A stretch of 64,000 nt of DNA, from NCBI GenBank assembly GCA_951406725.2, contig OX597828.1:41106001-41170000 (forward strand), written 5' to 3'. Below, piece by piece: positions 38,376 through 50,300 of this stretch (positions are counted from its first letter, which is position 1; each line of letters begins with the position of its first letter). The notes under the pieces were generated by a model. That model saw only the letters and a program-made list of their open reading frames with translations, was not told the DNA's origin and made no database searches. Origin of the DNA: Octopus vulgaris. Lineage: Eukaryota. The position numbers were made by a program, and so were the translations under genes.

Positions 38376-39635
38376 TTTAGACTTGGAATGGTAGTTTGAT
38401 ACTTTTTATGCTATGATTATACTAAGATTACTTGTAAAGAGTGTATTCTATAATAAATAAATTCTACAATAAGTCTCTTGGTAATGGTAAGACAGTCAGT
38501 CTTACACTGAGAAAGAGCATGAATTTACCTAAGCTGGTTCTCCAAGTATCCATGTTAATTCCTCTTTAGAAACTGCTATAAAAATAGAATAATGTTAGAA
38601 CATTTTAATCTGTCTGTTCAATTCAGTTTATTATTTGTATTTCAGTTTCCTGGAGGTCTTGTTTACAACATGTCTAAAAGTGCTTTGGACCAGTTCACTT
38701 GTACTGTTGCTCTTGGTATGTTGGATTTCGTTTTTCTCCCTTTCAAATGTTTTGCACTTATATTTTTCTCTCAGTTCTGTGTTGTTTAGCCCTTGATCAA
38801 GCAGACCTATGATCAAAAAGGCTCCTGCCGTGACTAATATAACATAACTATGTGTCTCATCTATTTTAAAATGTTGATTTGTGATGATTTGAGGAAGATT
38901 TGACTGTAATTTCTAGCAAATCATGTGACAATATAGAACAGTCATGAGCAACCAATTTTGAGAAGCAGGTTGCATGAAACAGCTTATCATCAGGCAGGCC
39001 ATACTACAAAAAAAATTCAAAGTACATTTCATTGTTGCAGAGGCAGACTGAACCATCGGCCAATCAGGCACTGCCCAAAGGGCCCAGAGCTCTGAGGGGC
39101 TCACACTCTACATGTTAACTCTACTGATATCAATGCTAAGGGGCCCGGTAAACAGTTTTGCCTGAGGACCCTTAATACTCTCAGTCTACCCCTGCATTGA
39201 TGTGACATTCAGAGAGTTCTGCAGATCAGTTTTCAAACCTACACTCAGTCAAATTTTTATTGTCCAGAAACACAACAAGTCTCTTTTGTTCTGAAGTAAC
39301 TAATTACACACCACTTCCATCTAAGTCCAGCCTCACACCCATCTCTCTTTTCGTCATCCCAGCTATGTCTCAAGGCCCTGACCTCTCTGTCCTACATTAG
39401 TTGCATGCAACCTCCAGTTAAGCTCAGTTTACACACCTATCTCCTCTCCTTGCTGTGTCTCAAGGCCTAGACCCTGCACCTTTGTTCCACTGATCCCAAT
39501 CCTTTCTTCCACAGAATATTAATCCCTTGCAATTACAAATACATTTCTTTCAAATTTCCAAGTGTTTAATCAGAATATATCCCTATTGATCTTCCCAGGT
39601 TTGGATCAGTGCATCCTGCCTCCTGCTCTGAATTA

Positions 39636-40604
39636 CAGTGATCCCTCGTTTATCGCAGTAGATTGGTTCTGAGACCGGCCATCCTTCTCTCTCTTTTGGA
39701 GAGGCACTGAGCAGCTATACACACACGGCAGTAACTTCCACCTACCGAATTCAATCACAAAGCTCCGGTCGGCTCAGGGCTATAGTGGAAGACACCTACC
39801 CAAAGTGCCACGCAGTGGGACTGAACCCAAAACTATGTAGCTAGGAAGCAAGCTCCCTAACCACACAGCCATGCCCAATAACTGAATTTCTGCGAAGTAG
39901 GGACACCATATTTACAGTATTTATTTAACGTGTATTTGGACTTTTAAAACCCTCCCTGTACTGTTAACAACCCACCCATTACAGTAATGTATTAATAACA
40001 AGGACAACTGTTAAGCAATAACACTTTAGATTTTAAAAAATAAAGATTGCTACTGTACTCAACACGAAGTTGAAGTAAAATTTGAATGATGGTGATGAAT
40101 TTGCTGCGCAGTAGAAATGATGATGATGAAGCTGATGGCAGTGCCCTTTCCTGGGACATCTCTTCCGAAGGTACAACCGTAGTTGTAGCAGCAGGAACTG
40201 GCTCTTTTTTGCAAGACTGCAAAAACATTGTGATAGGAAGTTGCTGCCGCTGCTTCTTTTTCCGTTCAAATTGCATCTTGTAGGGATTCATGACTTGCAC
40301 AGAATGAACCATATCGTCGTCCCATTCCTGTGACCCCTCTTTCAATTCTTTAGCCAGGTTGCTGAGCTTGGCCAGCTGTTCCAAAGTCAAGCTAGTTTGG
40401 TCAACAACTTCTTCGTTTATTGCTGCATTTCTTCTTCTTCGCTGGCTGACTTTGTCATGTCTTCGAGGTCTGTGTCGGTTAGCGGCTGGGAGTGGCAGTC
40501 TAATAAAGCATCGATGTCTCTAGGTGTTCATACATATATATTTTTAAAATCCACCAAGTTGTGAATCCGTGATAGTTGAACCGCGAAGTAGTGAGGGATC
40601 ACAG
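39636..40604 (-). mobile_element. Tigger/pogo-like deletion derivative with a nested SINE
   Basis: TA|CAGTGATCCCTC ... GAGGGATCACAG|TA. Transposase C-terminal remnants HSQPLTDTDLEDM and KKKQRQQLPITMF. SINE head at ~39680-39876. Confidence 0.75.
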
Positions 40605-43600
40605 TAAGCCATTACAAAACAAAAATTCAGCAAATATGTTATTAGTCACATCAAACAGGCTGTACATTGCTGTCAAACATTGTATATTTTGTTTACTTGA
40701 GAAGAATTACTGAAGTTACTCCATGAAAACAATTATTGTTTTATCTGAATATTCCATGATATACTTAGAATTTTTCACCTTATTCCATGTCTTCCAGAGT
40801 TGGCACCAAAGAAAGTGCGTGTAAACAGTGTCAAGTAAGTCTCATATCTTCACACTAGTCCTGTTAATGTTCAGATATTTATAGCATTATGTAGAATAAG
40901 TAATCATTGTGCCATTATGTAAATGAGTTGTGTTATGTATAATGTTGCTTACATTTTAATAAGTAACCTTTGATACTATCTTTTGGTATTTATGAAGGGA
41001 AACCAGATGAGTCGCTATGTTGAAACTATTCAATTTAATCATTCCTCTAATCTTCCACACAACATTATGGTCTAACCATAGAGCCCAGTTGTACAGCAAG
41101 AATATATGTTTATTAAATATCAATATGCTTTTGTATACATATTTACTTTTAACATATTATTTTCAGTTAGTCAAGTTAAGAGTGAAAATTGTGTATGTGG
41201 AAAGCATTAAAAACGTTAATTAGTAATAAATGTAGTAATGAAAAGAAAAGACAATGATAGTAGTCGCTGATTATTATTGTAATTAGTTCAGTCAGTATGA
41301 GAAACAACTCTTGACATGCTTAAGCCTTATTATGACCTCATCAGTGAAATATAGACTTCACTGTACTTGTTGAAATTGTAGATTTACTCCAAAATGATAG
41401 AACAATCGCAAGAGTGTACTTTGGATAACATGGTAAAATAGACTTGTTTAGCGAATATATTACTTAGAACAACCATCTGCATAAAAAAACTGTAGTTAAT
41501 GTTAAAATATATTTTATTATCTTCACTCTTGACAATTGTTCTTGTATCTTTGGCAGGAATTGTTGGGTGGTATATCATGAAACATCTGTCTTGTGTTCTG
41601 TCCCATTGCGGGAACTAAATAGGATACTGCTTCATTCTAAAACACTTACTTGCTATCGTATCTATCAACTTGGTACCAATTCATAAACAGTGTTGTCTTA
41701 AATAATTACAGGTTAATCCTCGTTATCTGAGATACTCACAAATATTTTTTTGATGATAGGATTTGAACCCTTGATCTTTCTGTTAGTGAACCAATCCCCA
41801 AATAACTTGGCTTCCAGTGACTCTCCAGTGAAGTTTATTGTTCTCAGATCAACTGATATCAGTCTTAGGTCAACCCTGATTAAGTAAACCCATGAACAAA
41901 GGCTCTCTAGCCATGACCATCCACTAAATTTCAGATAAAGTTTATATCACCTTACACTATCCAATATGTTCGTCTCCCTTTTTTTTAAAGGTAGTATTAC
42001 ATGATTTGAGAGATTTGGTTGCTATTTCTGGAAAGGTAAAGGACTATGTAGATCCTCTCTCATAAGTTTGAAGGTTTCTGAAATCATAATGATAATGTGT
42101 GCCATAACCCATTGGGTCAAAGTGGCACAACTGAAAACTTCATTTTTATCTAGAGTATATCACGAACAAGTTAAATTTACCTAGCTCTGTTGTTCTCTGC
42201 TAGGATCCATAAGACCCCTGGGTGTCTGTATGAACCCTGGGTATCTGTAATAGCCCTGGATGTCCAGGTAAGATTTAGTCAGGTGTTAAAATTCATGTGC
42301 AAAAATTGCTTATATTTCCATAATACTCAAAATATTTTAACATTTTTTAAATACATTTTCTAATAATACCTAATTATACTAATACAATAGAATTTTTCAA
42401 ACATTGAATGGCTGTGGAGGGCCACCTGAGTGAAATACATATCAAAGGGGTTAAAAAATGGTTGAGGAATACCGAACTAGCTCATGACCCTCAAAATTAT
42501 AAACCTACAGGTACTGAACTCAGCACGGCAACCTAATGAAACATATACTACTGTCACTGTTAATTACAGCTCCTAACCATGCGATCTATTTCAGCTTTGT
42601 GGAGTGAGCCAACTAGAGTTAAACACGTTGCTGTGCTGATATGCTATAAAACCCTTAGCTATTCACTTGGTCAAGTTGACCATCTGTGACTTTCATAATG
42701 ATATTAATACAGATTATATCTTGCAACCCTCAGCTAAGTTGTTTGTGCTTCTACATGTTATTCCAGTCCTGGGGTTATTGTTACTGACCTACAGAAGAGA
42801 GGAGGCATGAGTGAAGAAGTTTACACTCAGGTAAAGTTAATCATTTCTTGTTTGCTCGAGTTTACTCTTGTATCAACTGGACTATTGAAGACAGTAAGTT
42901 CAAATATTTTTACCTGTGTTTATTACTCTAAATAACTTTTGTTTTTAAAAATTCTTTTAAGTAAGTTATTTAGACAGACAGTTGTATACAGAAGTGCTGA
43001 TCACTTAAAGATGATGGAATTTATGGGAGAGGGAGACCCAGGAAGACACGGAACGAAGTATTGAAGGCTGATCTCAAGATATTGAACCTTGCAAAGGAGA
43101 TGACTAAGGACCGGGGTATCTGGTGCCTTATTGTACTCAAGAAGACTTGTCCACCACAGCAGTATTGATACTGGTGCAGGTGCCACATTAGAAGCATGCA
43201 GTATATTCTATGGAGTGGTTGGCATTAGGAAGGGCATCCAGCTGTAGAAACCATGCCAGAAAAGACAATGGAGGCTGGCGTAGTCCCTGGCCTTACTAGC
43301 TCTGGGTCAAACCGTTCCAACCCATGCCAGCATGGAAAACAGACGTTAAATGATGATGACGATGATGTGTCTCAGCTCTATTCAATATAATTTACTGGGT
43401 GAGCTGCTCCTCATACAACTCTTGAAAATCAGTTATGCAACCCAAAGCATAAATACATTTACTTTCATAGATACAGAGAGGTAACAGTTTAAAAATATTG
43501 TTTGGTTATCATCAACATTGCATTGATTAGATAACTGTTTGTGTTTGTCACATACCTGCGTGTCTGTGTATTGGCTAAATAATTGTGTGCATGTTGTTTG

Positions 43601-45402
43601 TTAAACTGTGTGTATTGTCCATATGACTATGTGTGTGTATTGGTTGCACATCTGTGTGTGTGTGTGTGTGTATTGCTCTCTCAGCTGTATGATTTGGCCA
43701 TGTACTGCCTATGTATGTCACTGACCATTTTCAAAAGGACTCTATATCTTTGCAGTTTCTAGAGAAATCCAGAAGGACCCATGTTCTTGGACGTGTAGGA
43801 GAAGTCGATGACATCTCTACAGCAATTGCATTTTTAGCCTCTGACGCCAGTTCCTTCATCACAGGGGCCTTGTTTCCTGTTGATGGTGGCAGACACATCA
43901 CATGTCCACAAGCTACATATTCAGAAGTCACATATTAACAATAAAAGCAGCAAAACAAAACTTGACTTTTTCATTCTTTCTTTCTTTCTTTATCCAACAT
44001 TTTGAAGATGAATGGAAATTATTTTGTTTTCTCCTTGTTTTTCTGTCTACAACAATTTAGATGGTCAGTTCTGTTGTAAGGAGCTCTAACTGGCCAGCTC
44101 TGTAGAGTGGAATTCCATCTGATATCAAGTGAAAACAGGACCTGTGACTAAATCACATCACACCATAGCAGTTTCAAATGAGGAGCAAAGCGACTAGTTT
44201 GGCCTTCTTAAAACTCACTTATTATCACTTCTGTCTTTGAACCTACTGAAAAATAAACAACGAAGTAAATTATTCAAAATATAAACCAAAATACAATGTC
44301 AAACATAGAGTATACTTAGAAGTTCTTTTCCCAACCAGATCTGGTGGGGAATTGATTTGATTCTGTTTTCAGCACATCAAGCAAGCCGCTTCTACTGTAC
44401 CCTTTGGGTGACCAGTGTCTTGTGAAAGGAATTAAGATAGAATTCTGTAATTTGTGTATTAGTATGTTAACTTGATAGAGCTTAATAAAAGGAAAAACTC
44501 TTGCACATTGTGGGGGTCATCCTGCTAATAAAACACATGCACACGTTATATTGCATTTCAGTTTTATTACAATTATTAATTAATTGTTATTATTATTATC
44601 TATTGATTATCAATTAATGAAAGTCCTTTCATCATAACCTATGGCACATATTTTGCAGCCATTTTTGTAACTGTTCATTGCAAAGGTTAGGGCTTACAGA
44701 TAATTTAAAGGATTTAGCTACAATTTTGATTTTAAGCTTAGATTGTCAGAGGATTCTTCTAAATCTCTTAGCTAATTCACTATCAGGTCTCACATCTACA
44801 AATATTATCCTATCAAATGTATTATTGTACTATGTACTGGTGTTGGTGATCAAATATTTGTCCTTAACTTCCCTATTCCAGAACATATTGATAAGGCATA
44901 GGGGGTCTTTCCCATCTGCATTATTTTCAAGAAAATTTTCAAACACTTTCTTTGCTTCTTCATATATTCTGCCCCTATATTTTTATGTATTCCAAGACAA
45001 TTGTATTCAAAATCTAGAATGCTGTTGAATGTGTTTTTACTGTTCTTGGTATTGGCACATTGGTAACATGCATACATGACAGTTTCTGTTAACAAATTTT
45101 CAATCCTAAGACACAAGTCAATTCAAAGACATTTGTTCAAGGTGCAATGCTGTGAACTTCTTAATACTTATGTGTCTGTTATTACATCAACAGCAGTAAA
45201 TATATGTTCATTGTAATGCAGTGTACCAATATGAGGGAGTGGCGAGTTGGCAGAATCGTTAATATAGTGGACAAAATGCTTAGCAACATTTCGTGTCTTT
45301 ACATTCTGAGTTCAGATTCCGCTGAGCTCAACTTTGCCTTTCAAGGTCAATAAGTAACAGTTGAGCACTGGAGTTAATGTAATCAACTTAACACACCACC
45401 CA

Positions 45403-45636
45403 CCCATCCTTGTTACTTTCCAGGAAGTCCCCATCCTCAGAACTTTCCATGAAGTCTCATCCTCGGAACTTTCCAGGAAGACCCATTCTCAGAATTTTCT
45501 AGCAAGTCAACACCCTCGGAACTTTCCAGGAAACATGCGGAACTTTCAAGGAAGCCCCCATCATCTGGACTTTCCAGGAAGACCCATCCTCGGAACTCTC
45601 CAGGAAGACCCATCCTCGGTGCTTTCCAGGAAGTCC
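45403..45636. repeat. ~26-bp degenerate minisatellite x9
   Basis: Consensus CCCATCCTCGGAACTTTCCAGGAAG(A/T). Confidence 0.9.
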
Positions 45637-46206
45637 CCAGGATGTTGTCTCAGTTTTAGACGCAGCAAATGATTTTAGCTTAATAGAGGCCATTGATTGG
45701 TTAAAATTCGAAAAATTAAACTACGTTAAACTTACAAATTACAATTTTCTCAAGAAAGCCAAGAGAAAAAATGTTTTATTTTGACACATTCTACCAGTAT
45801 ACGAAGTTTAAAAGTTAACTAGAAATTGTGTTGAAAACTGCCGTTCAAAAGGAAAAGCTCCCAGAGTGGTGAAAATAATCACAGGCAGTAAGTAAAAATA
45901 TCCAAATGCATTTCATAGAGATGACCCGGAAGTTGTTGATCTTTTGCAAACAGCAGAACATTTCTTCAGCTAAATACACGCCATTGATTGGTTAAAATTA
46001 CCCAAATACGACAACTTTAACACGATATAACTTGTAAAATACGAAATTTTGTCAAAAACGTTCAGAGTAAACCGTACGTGAGAAATTCTACGAGTATTCG
46101 AAGTTTCAAACTGTTTAGTTAAAAAAATATATTTTAAATCTGTGATTGAGATGGAATAGATCAGCCCTGTATTGTACACCTTGCGTGTACTTCATTCACA
46201 CATAAA

Positions 46207-46918
46207 AATAATAATAATGAAATTATTGTATACAGTGCTCAGGTGCACCACAACTTGTCAAAAGTATGTATAAAGCATATGCAGTAATGTACAAATGTCT
46301 GGGAAGTGAACAGTGTATGAGTCAGATACATGCTTGCGTGTGTATGGAGGGGAGAAAATCAGGTGTAGTGTTGGCGAATCTCAGGAAGCATGGAAGTTTT
46401 GAAGGATGCAGTGCTCCGACAACTAACAACTGATGCCGGCAGTTTGTTCCGTGCTTCAGCAACTCTCAGCGTGACTGATGCTGGCAGTTTGTTCCATGCT
46501 TCAGCAACTCTTAGCGTGACTGATGCTGGCAGTTTGTTCCATGCTTCAGCAACTCTTAGCGTGACTGATGCTGGCAGTTTGTTCCATGTTTCAGCAACTC
46601 TTAGCGTGACTGATGCTGGCAGTTTGTTCCATGTTTCAGCAACTCTTAGCGTGACTGATGCTGGCAGTTTGTTCCATGCTTCAGCAACTCTTAGCGTGAC
46701 TGATGCTGGCAGTTTGTTCCATGTTTCAGCAACTCTTAGCGTGACTGATGCTGGCAGTTTGTTCCATGTTTCAGCAACTCTTAGCGTGACTGATGCTGGC
46801 AGTTTGTTCCATGTTTCAGCAACTCTTAGCGTGACTGATGCTGGCAGTTTGTTCCATGCTTCAGCAACTCTTAGCGTGGCTGATGCCGGCAGTTTGTTCC
46901 ATGCTTCAGCAACTCTTG
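46207..46918 (-). mobile_element. CR1 LINE 3' fragment ending in an 11-copy 45-bp tandem array
   Basis: Same 3' UTR and tail as the copies at 10116 and 59563. Unit ACTGATGCTGGCAGTTTGTTCCATGCTTCAGCAACTCTTAGCGTG repeats at 46429-46918. Confidence 0.85.
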
Positions 46919-47240
46919 GAGTGTTTAAGGTTGTCTCAGATATAATTAGACGGTGAATATCAGAACCTCAGTTACATACCTGGAATAGGTATGCCACTGT
47001 AGTAGTGCCTCCCGGTGTCATCTATAAATTAGGCAGGGTGCTTGCTTAATTATTTTGCGTATTTATATTGCAGTCTTTTTATTTATTGAGTCTCTCCTTC
47101 TCTCTCTCTCTTTTTTGCATCTTGTTAACTGCTTACTTTAAAAAAAAACAAAACAATTATATTCTTTTTCACGAGTGCAATAAAAGTTGTGATTTATATA
47201 ATTTTAACCCTGACAGTGGCATTGGGAAATAGGATTCAAA

Positions 47241-47248
47241 ACGGAAGT
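47241..47248 (+). promoter_or_regulatory. ETS-type motif ACGGAAGT in the SDR-C promoter, also present upstream of A and B
   Basis: Same motif in the same gene-relative orientation at 29736-29743 (B) and 25276-25269 (A, minus), 55-90 bp upstream of each ATG. Confidence 0.45.
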
Positions 47249-47326
47249 AAAAACCTATTTAGATATCGTATCTTTTCTTCAAATTGATGTTCGTTGACGG
47301 CAGCTAAACGAGGATTGAAAGAAAAT

Positions 47327-50300
47327 ATGGACTTGATTAATTTAAGTGGAAAAGTTGCTTTAATTAGCGGTGAGCGATGAGGGAAAATTTCCTCTATTTA
47401 TTATTTTCTTTTTCTTTTCGTTGTTATGAAGAAACGAACAAACACACAACAAAGTATAAAAACTAATTCAACAGTCGCATCTCTCCCTCAAATATCATAC
47501 GAGATAACGAAGAAAAACTACGTAGTTGTTCGCCCTGCTAGAAATAGCAGCCAAATTTCAATTTAATTCAAATCTTACTCTGTTAAAGAAGAAATTATAT
47601 ATAAAGGATAACCTAAGTTTTATCAAATTAGTTTACGAAATTGCATGTTAACCTGATAAACTAGTCGAATGTATACGTAAATAACATAAAACCGGTAAAG
47701 ATTTGCAAGAATTAAATGTTAGTTCTCCGGCAGTTTTCTTTTATGTAAATAAATGGGTACTTGTCTATTGTCGTGGTCCCGGTTTCGCACACGCGAATTC
47801 GCGCGCGCGCGCGCACCAGACGTAGGTACTCGATACTCGAGATCCTACGAGGTGACTTGCGCATGCGCAGTGCAGAATTCGCGCATGCGCGTTACCCCCC
47901 CCCCTAAAAAAAAAGGTGTTGGATTTCACTAAAAATATATATGTGTGTGTGTGTGTGTATATATAACATTTTCAATTTTACACAAAAAAATTACATAGTC
48001 GCTTTCCTCGCGGATTTACAGATAAATGAATTAATTACTATTTTACAGAATAAAATTAATGAATTAATTATATAAATTAAATAATTCTTGAAAATTAATT
48101 AATATTAATAATATTTTTTGAACAAAGTAAATAATTTATAAAACTTGGTTAATAATTTTTTTTACACAAACGCGAACGTATATAATTTGTGAAACTTTTT
48201 TTTTTTTACAGACGTATATAATTTGGTAAACTTAATGAATTAATTTCTTCTCATCATCATCATCGTTTAACGTCCGTTCTCCATGCCAGCATGGGTTGGA
48301 CGGTTCGACCGGGGATCTGGGAAGCCAGAAGGCTGCACCAGACTCCAGTCTTATCTGGCAATGTTTCTACAGCTGGATGCCCTTCCTAACGCCAACCACT
48401 CCGAGAGTGTAGTGGGTGCTTTTTACATGCCACCCGCACAGGTGCCAGGAGAGGCTGGCAACGGCCACGGTCGGATTGGTGCCAGTCGAGGCGGCTCTGG
48501 CATCGGCCACGATTCGGATAGTACTTTTTACGTACCACCAGTCCAGGGGTCCTGGCATTTGCCGGGTGCCACACTTGCCCCAACATGTCTTCGCGAGCAA
48601 AGGGGGTTGGCGTGGGTGCCTGTCGTGGGATGAGGTTCGATATCAACTTCGCTTGCCTCAACAGGTCTTTGTGTATAAATGTATAAATTTTTCGCACTAA
48701 ATTCTTTCCGTAGAATTTATCAAAAAACGCGCAAAATTATTCCGTAGAATTTATCAAATTAAAAAACGCAAAATTAATATATTTTTTGAAATTGCAAATT
48801 ATTTAGAATATAAAACAAATGAAGTTAAATTTTTAAAATAAATGTCATATACTTATACTCTGTAAGGTGCTGTGTTCACACTTCAATTTACTATTTTCTA
48901 GAAATGTTGCTTTTCTAATTGAAACAATTTTTCTCAATCTCCATTTAAAAGTCCATAATGCCTCTTGAGCCATATCAAAATGAACAACTTTGAATTACGC
49001 GGCGGCGGTGGTGGTGGTGGTGGTGTGAGGTTCTAATTTTTTTTCCGATCTCTCTTTGCCCCCTCTTTATCTCAGTTGTTCATTCCGCTAATAATTAGAA
49101 AAATTTTCGCGCCCAATTTTTGTTGTCGCGGGAAAAGATGAACGATTTAAAATAAATATATCTTAATTGTAGTGTGAGAAAGTATATATATTCTGATGAC
49201 AAAATATATTATCTTTCAAAAACATCCCAAATTTATAGACTATATCGTGTAGGTTTAAGAAATATATATATATATAAGAGAATGAAACATCTTTCATCTG
49301 TCTCCCCACCACACCTCCATCTAGGGGGGCAAAGAGAGATCAGAAAAAAATTAGAACCTCACACCACCACCACCACCACCGCCGCGTAATTCAAAGTTGT
49401 TCATTTTGATATGGCTCAAGAGGCATTATGGACTTTTAAATGGGGATTGAGAAAAATTGTTTCAATTAGAAAAGCAACATTTCTAGAAAATAGTAAATTG
49501 AAGTGTGAACACAGCACCTTACAGAGTATAAGTATATGACATTTATTTTAAAAATTTAACTTCATTTGTTTTATATTCTAAATAATTTGCAATTTCAAAA
49601 AATATATTAATTTTGCGTTTTTTAATTTGATAAATTCTACGGAATAATTTTGCGCGTTTTTTGATAAATTCTACGGAAAGAATTTAGTGCGAAAAATTTA
49701 TACATTTATACACAAAGACCTGTTGAGGCAAGCGAAGTTGATATCGAACCTCATCCCACGACAGGCACCCACGCCAACCCCCTTTGCTCGCGAAGACATG
49801 TTGGGGCAAGTGTGGCACCCGGCAAATGCCAGGACCCCTGGACTGGTGGTACGTAAAAAGTACTATCCGAATCGTGGCCGATGCCAGAGCCGCCTCGACT
49901 GGCACCAATCCGACCGTGGCCGTTGCCAGCCTCTCCTGGCACCTGTGCGGGTGGCATGTAAAAAGCACCCACTACACTCTCGGAGTGGTTGGCGTTAGGA
50001 AGGGCATCCAGCTGTAGAAACATTGCCAGATAAGACTGGAGTCTGGTGCAGCCTTCTGGCTTCCCAGATCCCCGGTCGAACCGTCCAACCCATGCTGGCA
50101 TGGAGAACGGACGTTAAACGATGATGATGATGAGAAGAAATTAATTCATTAAGTTTACCAAATTATATACGTCTGTAAAAAAAAAAAAGTTTCACAAATT
50201 ATATACGTTCGCGTTTGTGTAAAAAAAATTATTAACCAAGTTTTATAAATTATTTACTTTGTTCAAAAAATATTATTAATATTAATTAATTTTCAAGAAT

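Larger units (their letters stand above)
29800..43938 (+). pseudogene. SDR-B: paralogous 9-exon SDR with a +1 frameshift in exon 5 (young pseudogene, null allele or sequence error)
   Basis: Exons 29800-29842, 33238-33368, 33833-33925, 35483-35568, 37094-37188, 38646-38715, 40798-40834, 42767-42830, 43756-43938. Exon 5 is 95 nt against 94 nt in both paralogs (ACCATTGTTAGC vs ACCATGTTAGC), which leads to TAA at 38675-38677. All other exons and splice sites are intact, and AATAAA is at 43940. Confidence 0.8.

Noticed and set aside
46390-46956. 188-aa repeat protein ([15 protein letters not shown])n
   Set aside because: Antisense reading of a tandemly amplified CR1 segment, with no gene context.
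48283-50101. Identical ORF pairs on opposite strands as a duplicated gene or toxin-antitoxin pair
   Set aside because: They are translations of the RTE 3' UTR repeat inside the foldback arms. The same peptides recur at 19707 and 32049.
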